A DNA stretch of 64,000 bases, taken from assembly GCA_037130755.1 (NCBI GenBank), contig JBAXSI010000002.1, positions 47,621-111,620 on the forward strand. The letters are read 5' to 3'. How positions within the stretch are numbered: the stretch's first letter is position 1; each line of letters begins with the position of its first letter. A model generated the notes under the pieces. The model saw nothing but the letters and a program-made list of their open reading frames with translations, did no database searches and had not been told where the DNA came from. This document shows, piece after piece, positions 1-8,166 of this stretch. The position numbers and the translations under genes were made by a program. This stretch comes from Actinomycetes bacterium (GTDB taxonomy: Bacteria; Actinomycetota; Actinomycetes; S36-B12).

Positions 1-28
1 CAGGTGCCGGGCCCGCCGGAGGGGGAGG

Positions 29-1141
29 GTGATCACCCCGATGGCTAGTGAAGTCAGCCCGTCGATCTTCGGCCGCGTTCGTCTGGCCCTCACCCCCGAA
101 CCGACTCCGGTGCTGCTGCGCACGGGCATCGCGGTTCTCATCGACGTCCTTGTGGTCTTCGCGGTCGTCCGGACGGCCCTGGTGTTCGCCGGTCACGGTG
201 AGGTGGGTCTCACGCACGCCGTACTGCCGGCCGTGTTCGGCGGCATCTTCGGGTTCCTCGGCTCGCTGGGTGGTTCGGCCCGCAGCGGACTGGCTCGAGC
301 GCTGCTGCTGTCGCTCGCGTCGTTCCCGTTGACGTTGCTGGCCATCGCCGTTCGCGACGTGCCGATCGCCGCCGGGCTCGCATTGGCAGCGGTCGCTGCT
401 GGCGCCGGGTTCCTTGCCTGGCACGGCGAGCCGCTGGCGACCTTGGGCAGCGTCCTGCTCTACATGTTCTTCCTGCCGCTGGTGTTCGGGGCCGGCTCAG
501 GCGTGCCGATCGGATACCTCGCGCTCGGCTTCGCCGTGATGGTGGTGTGCTCGGTAGTGCTGCGGGGGATCGTCGCGCTGCTGCCGCGCCATCGTCGCGC
601 GGCGCGGGTCAAGGCCACCGACGAGGCAACGCACACTCGACGCTTTGCGCTCGTCGCACAACCGCAACTGTCGCGCCTTCGCCGCACGACACTGAGGTCG
701 GCGATCGGCCTGGGGGTAGGTGCGTTCGTGATGGCCCTGACTCGCCGGCACGACGCGGTGTGGGTCCTGATGACGCTGATCGCACTGATCCCGCCGGCGC
801 TGCCCTTGACGATCGATCGGCTGCTGCAGCGACTCGCGGGCACCGCCGTCGCGATGGTGCTGCTGACCGCAGTCGACGCCCTTGTGCCGCCGGGACCCTG
901 GCGACTGCTCGCCCTTGCGCCCGGCATCGTCATCACGATCGCGTACATGCGGCGCAGCTACACGCTGTCGGTGATGGGTATCAGCCTCGTTGCCGTGCTG
1001 GCCTACGCCCAGGTGCAGGCACCGCTGGGCGAGGCCCTGCTCTTCCGCGGCATGGACACCCTCATCGGTGCGGCCATCGCCATCGCGGTCACGTTGATCA
1101 TCCCGGTGGGGCGGCGCCCGGAGCCGGTGTGGGGTAGGTGA
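29..1141 (+). CDS. polytopic integral membrane protein (FUSC/aromatic-acid-exporter-like; family uncertain)
   Basis: 370-aa ORF with many hydrophobic helices (IAVLIDVLVVFAVV, LLYMFFLPLVFGAG, IGAAIAIAVTLII). Composition is typical of the window. No catalytic motif recognised. Confidence 0.6.
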   Translation: MITPMASEVSPSIFGRVRLALTPEPTPVLLRTGIAVLIDVLVVFAVVRTALVFAGHGEVGLTHAVLPAVFGGIFGFLGSLGGSARSGLARALLLSLASFPLTLLAIAVRDVPIAAGLALAAVAAGAGFLAWHGEPLATLGSVLLYMFFLPLVFGAGSGVPIGYLALGFAVMVVCSVVLRGIVALLPRHRRAARVKATDEATHTRRFALVAQPQLSRLRRTTLRSAIGLGVGAFVMALTRRHDAVWVLMTLIALIPPALPLTIDRLLQRLAGTAVAMVLLTAVDALVPPGPWRLLALAPGIVITIAYMRRSYTLSVMGISLVAVLAYAQVQAPLGEALLFRGMDTLIGAAIAIAVTLIIPVGRRPEPVWGR

Positions 1142-1149
1142 CGCGGGCC

Positions 1150-1209
1150 GTAAGTTACGGTACAGTAAGTTACGCAACCGTAGGTTACGGAAGGGTAGGT
1201 TCCACGATG
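1150..1209. repeat. four tandem 15-bp units with core GTA(A/G)GTT(A/C)C; first two cores sit in palindromes CCGTAAGTTACGG
   Basis: Units read directly: gtaagttacggtaca / gtaagttacgcaacc / gtaggttacggaagg / gtaggttccacgATG. Exact 15-bp period, locally low GC, ends on ATG 1207. Confidence 0.7.
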
Positions 1210-2055
1210 AGGCAGTCAGTCCTCCTCCACAGTCACGAGGTGGCCTATGTCGACCACGCGGGCGCGGGCATTCCGCTGCTCCTGGTCCATGGCGTCGGCT
1301 CCAGCCTCGAGACGTGGGGCGACGTGCCCGACCGACTCGCGGCCACCGGCTTCCGCGTGATCGCCGTCGACCTGATCGGCCACGGCGAGTCCGGGCTCGG
1401 CAACGGCGACTTCAGCCTCGGCGCCAACGCGAGCGTGATCCGCGACCTGCTCGACCATCTCGGCGTCGGCCGCGTCCACCTCGTGGGCCACTCCCTGGGC
1501 GGAGGCGTGAGCATGCAGTTCCTCTACCAGTTCCCCGACCGGGTGGAGACGCTCACGCTGGTGTCCAGCGGTGGCCTCGGCCCGGACGTGGCGGCCACGC
1601 TGCGCGCGGCGACGCTGCCAGGCTCGCGCATGGTCATCCGGCTGGCCAGCCGGCCCGGCTTCGTCAGCACGGCGTCCTGGCTTGGGCGTGCGCTCAACGC
1701 GTTCGGCAAGGACGTCGACGCATTGAGCCCGCGGGCCATGAGCCGGCTCAGTGCGCTCAGTGACGACGGCCGGTCCGCCGCGTTCCTCGCGACGCTGCGC
1801 AGCGTCGTCGGCCCGGCCGGACAGACCGTGTACGCCATGAACAAGCTCCAGTCCGTCGACCCCGAACGCGTCCTGGTGATCTGGGGCGCCGAGGACCCGA
1901 CTCTGCCTGTGCAGCATGCCTGGGACACGCACGAGCAGTTGCCCGGCAGCCGCATCGTCATCGTCCCTGGGGCGCACCACCACCCGCACACCGACAACCC
2001 GGACCTGTTCGTCCGAGCCCTGGTGCAGCACGTGGGCCTCCCCGTTGCACACTGA
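1207..2055 (+). CDS. alpha/beta-fold hydrolase
   Basis: HGVGSS oxyanion region, nucleophile elbow GHSLGG, C-terminal GAHH. Start moved to ATG 1207 (MRQSVLLHSHEVAYVDHAG), after the repeat array. Confidence 0.85.
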   Translation: MRQSVLLHSHEVAYVDHAGAGIPLLLVHGVGSSLETWGDVPDRLAATGFRVIAVDLIGHGESGLGNGDFSLGANASVIRDLLDHLGVGRVHLVGHSLGGGVSMQFLYQFPDRVETLTLVSSGGLGPDVAATLRAATLPGSRMVIRLASRPGFVSTASWLGRALNAFGKDVDALSPRAMSRLSALSDDGRSAAFLATLRSVVGPAGQTVYAMNKLQSVDPERVLVIWGAEDPTLPVQHAWDTHEQLPGSRIVIVPGAHHHPHTDNPDLFVRALVQHVGLPVAH

Positions 2056-2060
2056 GTCAT

Positions 2061-2699
2061 GTGAGGGATGGCGCTCCGCAAGAGGCTGACTTCGAAGCAC
2101 GCGGATTGGTCCGCGTGCACGACGACGACCTCGTCGCGGCAGCACGGGTGTTCGCCGCGGCCATGGTGGACGATCCGCTCCACTGCTACTTCGTGCCCGA
2201 TGCGCGTCATCGACTGGAGCGACTCCAGGACGTCTACGAGTTCCGGCTGAAGACTCGTCGCGAAGCGTGGGCGCTCCCTGGCGGCCTCCATGCGCTCGCG
2301 CTATGGGAACAGCCCGGTTTGACGATCGCCGATGGCCGGCCGCCGTGGGACAAGGTCCGGGCCGGGTTCGCTCTCGTGGCAGGCGGTGCTCCGTCCGCCC
2401 TTGTCCGGATGCTGAAGTACAAGTCCTTCGCCCGCCGCGTTCGCGCGCGCATCCTGCCGGGACCGGCTTGGTACCTGGACACCATCGTCGTCGACCCGGC
2501 GCACCAGCGCCAGGGTCTGTCAGGGCGGCTGCTGCGGCCGTTGCTTTCGGTCGCCCACGGCGATTCTCTGCCGGTGTTCCTGGAGACCCAGAGTCCGGCG
2601 AACGTCGCTATCTACCGCCGGTTCGGCTTCGTGGTGGCGGATGAGTCGACCGTTCCGGGCGCCCCCATGACCCACTTCGCCATGGTGATGAACCCGTAG
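2061..2699 (+). CDS. GNAT family N-acetyltransferase
   Basis: Acetyl-CoA pocket motif QRQGLSGRLLRPLL and a C-terminal YRRFGF motif typical of GNAT. Exact start uncertain. Confidence 0.75.
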   Translation: MRDGAPQEADFEARGLVRVHDDDLVAAARVFAAAMVDDPLHCYFVPDARHRLERLQDVYEFRLKTRREAWALPGGLHALALWEQPGLTIADGRPPWDKVRAGFALVAGGAPSALVRMLKYKSFARRVRARILPGPAWYLDTIVVDPAHQRQGLSGRLLRPLLSVAHGDSLPVFLETQSPANVAIYRRFGFVVADESTVPGAPMTHFAMVMNP

Positions 2700-2714
2700 G
2701 AAGCCTTGTCGGAG

Positions 2715-2743
2715 GGTTTACATATCTATATGGTTTGTAAACC
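2715..2743. promoter_or_regulatory. AT-rich inverted repeat GGTTTACA-N13-TGTAAACC upstream of alkB (candidate TetR/AlkU operator overlapping the promoter)
   Basis: Perfect 8-bp arms read in sequence. Spacer tatctatatggtt contains -10-like TATCTA/TATAT. Lies 17 nt upstream of ATG 2760. Confidence 0.5.
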
Positions 2744-2759
2744 GAACTTCGGAGGTGCG

Positions 2760-4151
2760 ATGAACTGGCGCGACCGCAAGCGGTACCTGTGGCTCTTCGC
2801 ACTCCTCATGCCGTGCCTGCCCTTCGCCGCTGTCGGCCTGTTCATCGTCACGGGTTGGGGAGTCTGGCTGTGGCTGGGGCCGATCGTGATCCTCGGCGTC
2901 GTCCCGATCGTCGACGTGCTGGCCGGACGCGATTCCTCCAACCCGCCCGACGATGTCATCGGGCAGTTGGAGAACGACCGCTACTACCGGTGGATCACCT
3001 ACCTGTTCCTTCCGATCCAATACGCCGCTTTCGCCTTCGGATTCTGGACGATCGAGAACGGCGAGCTCACGACCGTCGAGAAGGTAGGACTGTCCGTCAC
3101 CGTCGGCTTCATCGCCGGCCTGGGAATCAACACGGCCCACGAGCTCGGGCACAAGCGCGAGAGCCACGAACGGTGGCTGGCCAAGATCGCCCTTGCGCAG
3201 AGTGTCTACGGCCACTTCCACATCGAGCACAACCGCGGGCATCACGTGCGCGTGGCGACGCCTGAGGATCCCGCGAGCAGTCGGGTAGCGGAGAGCTTCT
3301 ACCTGTTCTGGCCGAGGACTGTTTTCGGATCCGCCCGCAGCGCGTGGCGGATCGAGGCCAAGCGCTACGCGGCGCGCAAGCAGCAGCCGTTCCGTATCGG
3401 CAACGACGTGCTCAATGCCTGGCTCATCTCAGCCGTTCTCTGGCTCGTCATGGTGCTGTGGCTCGGAGTGGGCGTGCTGCCCTACCTCGTCATCCAGGCG
3501 GTGGTGGGATTCACGCTGCTCGAGGCCGTCAACTACCTCGAGCACTACGGGATGCTGCGCCAGCGGGTCGGATCCGGCGATCGCGAACGCTACGAGCGCG
3601 TCGAGCCGCGACACAGCTGGAACGCGAACAACATCGCCACCAACGTCCTGCTGTACCACCTGCAGCGGCACAGCGACCATCACGCGAACCCGACCCGCCG
3701 CTACCAGGCGCTACGCGACTACGAGGAGGCTCCGCAACTGCCATCGGGATATGCCTCGATGATTCTGCTGGCGCTGGTGCCGCCGCTGTGGCGGCGAGTG
3801 ATGGACGCGAAGGTGCTCGAGCACTTCGACGGTGACATGAGCCTGGCGAACATCCGCCCGAGCCGGCGCACCAAGGTCCTCGCGCGGTATCCCGTCTCAT
3901 CGAAGCCGCTTGGCGCGGCCGGGCCGGACGTGACGACTCAGCTCGTCACCGAGGATCCGCCTGTCGCGGGGAACGCACGCGGTGGCCGGTGTCCTGGCTG
4001 TGGCTACACCTACGACCAGGTGAGCGGGGACCCGCGGGAGGGCTTCCCCGCGGGGACACCCTGGACGTCAGTGCCCGACACCTGGATCTGCCCGGACTGC
4101 GGCGTTCGCGAGAAGTCGGATTTCGTCGCGCTCGACGGTGCCAGTACGTGA
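2760..4151 (+). CDS. alkB: alkane 1-monooxygenase fused to a C-terminal rubredoxin domain
   Basis: His boxes HELGHK, EHNRGHH, LQRHSDHH plus NYLEHYG. The C-terminus has two CxxC pairs (CPGCGY...CPDCGV). GGAGG RBS at 2751-2755 before ATG 2760. Confidence 0.9.
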   Translation: MNWRDRKRYLWLFALLMPCLPFAAVGLFIVTGWGVWLWLGPIVILGVVPIVDVLAGRDSSNPPDDVIGQLENDRYYRWITYLFLPIQYAAFAFGFWTIENGELTTVEKVGLSVTVGFIAGLGINTAHELGHKRESHERWLAKIALAQSVYGHFHIEHNRGHHVRVATPEDPASSRVAESFYLFWPRTVFGSARSAWRIEAKRYAARKQQPFRIGNDVLNAWLISAVLWLVMVLWLGVGVLPYLVIQAVVGFTLLEAVNYLEHYGMLRQRVGSGDRERYERVEPRHSWNANNIATNVLLYHLQRHSDHHANPTRRYQALRDYEEAPQLPSGYASMILLALVPPLWRRVMDAKVLEHFDGDMSLANIRPSRRTKVLARYPVSSKPLGAAGPDVTTQLVTEDPPVAGNARGGRCPGCGYTYDQVSGDPREGFPAGTPWTSVPDTWICPDCGVREKSDFVALDGAST

Positions 4152-4747
4152 CGGCGGTCGCGGGGGACCGGGACACGGCGACGCGATCACGCATCCTCGA
4201 GGCTGCCGAGGAGCTGACGGTGGCGGGCGGCTGGTCCTCGGTGACGATGGCCCGCATCGCGGAGCACGTCGGTGTCAGCCGGCAGACGGTGTACAACGAG
4301 GTCGGCTCGAAGCCTGACCTCGCGAAAGCGCTGATCCTCGAACAGCTCGCGGCATTCCTCGACGTCGTCGAGCGGGCCTTCGATCGCCACGGTGACGATC
4401 CGGTCGCAGCGATTCGGCAGGCGACGCGGGGCGTGCTCGAGCACGCTGAGGGGCACGCCCTCCTGCGGACCGTGGTCGCGGCGCCGCAGGGCACGGACAG
4501 CGACCTGCTGCCGTTCCTCACGACCCGATCGGCATCCCTCCTCGGGTCCTCCTGCGACGTGCTTCGGGACCGGCTCGCACCGCTGACGCCGCACATGTCG
4601 CAGGCCGAGCGCGACGCGAGTATCGACGTCATCGTCCGCACCGTCCTCAGCCATGTCGTCCAGCCCTCGAGCACCCCGAGGCGGACTGCGGAATCCCTCG
4701 GCTGGACTGCTGACCGCCTGCTCAGTGCGCGCGTACCCTTGGAGTGA
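4148..4747 (+). CDS. TetR family transcriptional regulator (AlkU-like, coupled to alkB)
   Basis: N-terminal HTH SRILEAAEELTVAGGWSSVTMARIAEHVGVSRQTVYNEVGSK. GTG 4148 overlaps the alkB stop (GTGA). The ORF-track start 3989 lies inside alkB and was rejected. Confidence 0.85.
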   Translation: MTAVAGDRDTATRSRILEAAEELTVAGGWSSVTMARIAEHVGVSRQTVYNEVGSKPDLAKALILEQLAAFLDVVERAFDRHGDDPVAAIRQATRGVLEHAEGHALLRTVVAAPQGTDSDLLPFLTTRSASLLGSSCDVLRDRLAPLTPHMSQAERDASIDVIVRTVLSHVVQPSSTPRRTAESLGWTADRLLSARVPLE

Positions 4748-4772
4748 GTTCAAGGCAAGTGGGGAGACCTCC

Positions 4773-4940
4773 GTGAGAACTCCGAAACCGCGCGACACGA
4801 CGCGTCGATCGCTGCGCTGCCGGCTGGGCTTCCACGCCTGGGAACTGATACACGGCCCGACGGGAGAGCGCTATGACCTCTGCTCCCGCTGCGGGGACGT
4901 CGGACCGGGAATGCCGACCGGCTTCGGGTGGAGCGCCTAG
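4773..4940 (+). CDS. small (55 aa) Cys-containing hypothetical protein
   Basis: GTG 4773 preceded by GGGGAG at 4761-4766. Sequence RCRLGFHAWE...CSRCG suggests a small zinc-ribbon-like protein. Weak support. Confidence 0.35.
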   Translation: MRTPKPRDTTRRSLRCRLGFHAWELIHGPTGERYDLCSRCGDVGPGMPTGFGWSA

Positions 4941-5031
4941 CGCTCACGGTGCCGGGATGGTGATCCTCCACAAGGGCCACGGCGAGTCCTGGGACCGTCA
5001 CGGCGTGCGGTCGGACTGGGAGGATGACGGC

Positions 5032-5676
5032 GTGGAGGCGTTGCTCGCTGGTCTGGTCATCGGTCTCGGATCCGGCGTGGCACCGGGTCCGCTGCTTGCC
5101 CTGGCGATTGCCACGACGTTGCGCCGTGGACTCGCGGCCGGCCTCGCGGTCGCGTGCGGGCCGTTGGTGTCCGACGCCCTCATCATCGCCCTGACGGTGA
5201 CAGTGGTCAGCCAGCTCTCCGACACGGCCGTCACTGTGCTGTCGCTCATCGGTGGCCTCGTCATCGCGGCATTCGGCATTGAGACGCTGCGAGCCGCGCG
5301 CACGGCTGATGTCGACTCGATGCGCGAGGAAGTGGCCGAGCCCGAGCGCGGACGAATGCGCTCCCTTGCCAGTCATCCACTGGCGCAGGCAACGGTGCTC
5401 AACCTGCTGAATCCCGCCCCGTGGCTGTTCTGGGCCACCGCGGGAGCGGCCCTGCTCCTGTCCTTCTGGGATCGCAGCCCGGCTCTGGGTGTTGCCTACC
5501 TCGTGTTCTTCTACGCGGGGCTGGTCGGCAGCAAGGCGATCGTGGTGCTGGGCATCGCGGCCGGGCGTCATCGGCTTTCGACGCCGGTCTATCGCCTGAT
5601 CCTTGCGGGTGCTGGCGTGCTCATGCTGGTCCTTGCGGCCGTGTTCCTCGTCCGCGCTGCAACAACGCTGTGGTGA
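5032..5676 (+). CDS. LysE family amino-acid/homoserine-lactone exporter
   Basis: LLAGLVIGLGSGVAPGPLLALAI N-terminal LysE signature and about 6 TM segments. GTG 5032 has GGGAGG 8 nt upstream. Confidence 0.8.
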   Translation: MEALLAGLVIGLGSGVAPGPLLALAIATTLRRGLAAGLAVACGPLVSDALIIALTVTVVSQLSDTAVTVLSLIGGLVIAAFGIETLRAARTADVDSMREEVAEPERGRMRSLASHPLAQATVLNLLNPAPWLFWATAGAALLLSFWDRSPALGVAYLVFFYAGLVGSKAIVVLGIAAGRHRLSTPVYRLILAGAGVLMLVLAAVFLVRAATTLW

Positions 5677-5681
5677 CGGAC

Positions 5682-6467
5682 TCAGCCGAGCGCAGGGAAG
5701 GGTCCGACGAGGTCCCAGCCGCCGTCGGCGACGAGTGTTGTGCCGGTGATGTAGTCGCCGGCAGGCGACAGGCAGAACGCGATGATCGAGGCGACCTCTT
5801 CGGGTCGCTGCAGTCGCTTGAGCAGCATCATGTCGGCCACACCTTGCGGGTCCAGGCCGTAGCCCTCCCACGCCTCGGTGTGGACGATGCCAGGCGCCAC
5901 CGCGACGAGTCGGATGCCATAGCCGCCCCATTCGACGGCGAGGGTCTTCGTCAGGCTCTCCATCGCCGCTCGCGCGGCGGACGAGTGGGCCATGCCGGGG
6001 ATGCCGCGCTGTGGCGTCATCGTGACGCTCGCGACCTTCCCGTACCCGTTTGGGATCATCGATCGTGCAGCCACGCGTGTGGTGAGGTACCAGGGCGCAT
6101 CGAGGTTCAGGCGCGTCACGGCGCGAAAGCCGTTGGCCGACACGGCCTCGGCCGGGGCCATGAACTGGCCACCGGCGTTGTTGACCAGCAGGTCGATGCG
6201 GCCGTGCTGCTCGAGCACCCGATCGAGGGCCGCGTCGACGTCCTCGAACTCGCGCAGATCAACGGCGATCGCGGTGACCTGCCCGGTCTCGGCGAGGTCG
6301 CGCGTCTCCTCCAGGCGCTCCAGTCGGCGACCCAGGACGACCACCTTGGCCCCCAGCCGGGCCAGTTGAAGGGCGGTCGCGCGGCCGATGCCTGACCCGC
6401 CACCGGTGACGAGGGCGACGCGCCCGTCGAGGCAGCCGGGCTGCAGGACGTCGGCGGGATCGGTCAT
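5682..6467 (-). CDS. short-chain dehydrogenase/reductase (AtuB/AtuG-like position)
   Basis: TGGGSGIGRA Rossmann motif, NNAG, and a YxxxK-type active-site region. Divergent from the carboxylase operon. Confidence 0.85.
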   Translation of the reverse strand: MTDPADVLQPGCLDGRVALVTGGGSGIGRATALQLARLGAKVVVLGRRLERLEETRDLAETGQVTAIAVDLREFEDVDAALDRVLEQHGRIDLLVNNAGGQFMAPAEAVSANGFRAVTRLNLDAPWYLTTRVAARSMIPNGYGKVASVTMTPQRGIPGMAHSSAARAAMESLTKTLAVEWGGYGIRLVAVAPGIVHTEAWEGYGLDPQGVADMMLLKRLQRPEEVASIIAFCLSPAGDYITGTTLVADGGWDLVGPFPALG

Positions 6468-6509
6468 GGCTCCTCCGGGGGTCGGGTCGGGTCAGCCTAG
6501 CCGGACATC

Positions 6510-6541
6510 TTGACGCCCGTATCAACTTGACGCTAGCGTCA
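6510..6541 (+). promoter_or_regulatory. candidate promoter (-35 TTGACG 6510-6515, -10 TAGCGT 6534-6539) overlapped by the perfect 14-bp palindrome TGACGCTAGCGTCA (6528-6541)
   Basis: All elements read directly. The palindrome ends 5 nt before GTG 6547 and no SD is present, so a leaderless transcript is plausible. Confidence 0.5.
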
Positions 6542-6546
6542 GATTC

Positions 6547-8166
6547 GTGGCACCGGTCCTGCGCACCCACGTGGATCCGCGGTCCGACGAGTTCGCCGCC
6601 AACCGGGCGGCCCTGCTCGCGGCGATCGCGGAGATCAACACGCTCTACGGCCAGGTCGTCAGCGGGGGCGGCACCGCCGACCCGCAGAAGAACGCCAGGA
6701 CGGTGGCCCGCCATCGCGACCGCGGCAAGCTGCTGCCGCGCGAGCGCATCGCCCTGCTTCTGGACCCGGGCTCGGCCTTCCTCGAGCTCTCGCCCCTCGC
6801 CGGCTGGGGCACCGACGACGCCATGGGCGCGGGACTGGTGACCGGCATCGGCCGGGTCAGCGGCGTCGAGTGCATCGTCAGCGCCAACGACCCCACCGTG
6901 AAGGGCGGCTCGCAATCGCCGATCACGGTGACGAAGGCGCTGCGCGCGATGGAGATCGCGCACGACAACCGGCTGCCCCTCATCTCGCTCACCGAGTCTG
7001 GCGGCGCGGACCTCACCAAGCAGGTCGACGTCTTCAACCCCGGCGGTGCGACCTTCAAGAATCTCACCCGCCTGTCGGCTGCGGGCATCCCGACGATCAC
7101 GCTCGTCTTCGGTTCATCGACGGCGGGTGGCGCCTACGTGCCGGGCATGAGCGACTACGTGGTGCTGCAGAAGGACTCCGCACGCGTCTATCTCGGCGGG
7201 CCGCCGTTGGTGAAGATGGCCATCGACGAGGATGCCGACGACGAGACCCTCGGCGGTGCCGAGATGCATGCGCGGGTCTCCGGGCTCGCGGACTACCTCG
7301 CGCTCGACGAGCCCGATGCCCTGCGCATCGGACGTGACATCGTCGGCCACCTCAACTGGACGAAGCTCGGCCCCGGTCCGGCCCTCGCGCCGCGCGCGCC
7401 TCTGTACGACCCCGAGGAACTACTCGGCATCGCGTCGGCCGACATCAAGATCCCCTTCGAGGCCCGCGAGGTCCTCGCGCGGATCCTCGACGCGAGCGAG
7501 TTCGACGAGTTCAAGCCGCTGTACGGCTCCACGCTCGTCACGGGCTGGGGGCACCTCAACGGATTCCCGGTCGGAGTGCTCGCCAACAACGGGATCCTCT
7601 TCAGCGAGGAGGCCCACAAGGGTGCGCAGTTCATCCAGCTCTGCAATCGCATGGACGTGCCGATCCTGTTCCTGCAGAACATCACTGGCTTCATGGTCGG
7701 CACGAAGTACGAGCAGGGCGGCATCATCAAGGACGGCGCCAAGCTGATCAACGCGGTGAGCAACTGCGGTGTCCCGATGATCACGCTGATGATGGGTGCG
7801 TCCTACGGCGCCGGCAACTACGGGATGGCTGGACGGGCCTACGACCCGCGCTTCATCTTCACGTGGCCCAACCACCGGATCGCAGTGATGGGGCCCAAGC
7901 AGCTTGCCGGCGTCCTGACGATCGTCGCCCGACAGAAGACCGAGTCGGCGGGCCAGGTGTTCGACGAGGAGGGGTTCGCGCCCATCCGTGATGCATTCGA
8001 AAAGCAGGTCGAGGACGAGTCCACGGCACTGTTCGCGACCGGCCGGCTCTGGGACGACGGCGTCATCGACCCGCGCGACACCCGCACCGTATTGACGATG
8101 GCACTGTCCGCCGCCCACTCCGCCCCCGTCACCGGCACCGAGCGCTTCGGCGTCTTCCGGATGTGA
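6547..8166 (+). CDS. acyl-CoA carboxylase carboxyltransferase (beta) subunit, methylcrotonyl-/geranyl-CoA carboxylase type
   Basis: 539-aa carboxyltransferase fold throughout ([34 protein letters not shown]). Resembles MccB/AtuC. Confidence 0.9.
   Translation: MAPVLRTHVDPRSDEFAANRAALLAAIAEINTLYGQVVSGGGTADPQKNARTVARHRDRGKLLPRERIALLLDPGSAFLELSPLAGWGTDDAMGAGLVTGIGRVSGVECIVSANDPTVKGGSQSPITVTKALRAMEIAHDNRLPLISLTESGGADLTKQVDVFNPGGATFKNLTRLSAAGIPTITLVFGSSTAGGAYVPGMSDYVVLQKDSARVYLGGPPLVKMAIDEDADDETLGGAEMHARVSGLADYLALDEPDALRIGRDIVGHLNWTKLGPGPALAPRAPLYDPEELLGIASADIKIPFEAREVLARILDASEFDEFKPLYGSTLVTGWGHLNGFPVGVLANNGILFSEEAHKGAQFIQLCNRMDVPILFLQNITGFMVGTKYEQGGIIKDGAKLINAVSNCGVPMITLMMGASYGAGNYGMAGRAYDPRFIFTWPNHRIAVMGPKQLAGVLTIVARQKTESAGQVFDEEGFAPIRDAFEKQVEDESTALFATGRLWDDGVIDPRDTRTVLTMALSAAHSAPVTGTERFGVFRM

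Noticed and set aside
3989-4147. ORF-track start of the TetR gene inside alkB; similar extended starts occur at 13737, 28207, 45573 and 57404
   Set aside because: These extensions overlap the 3' ends of well-supported upstream genes or the riboswitch. Internal GTG/ATG starts with 4-nt overlaps or an RBS match the family N-termini.
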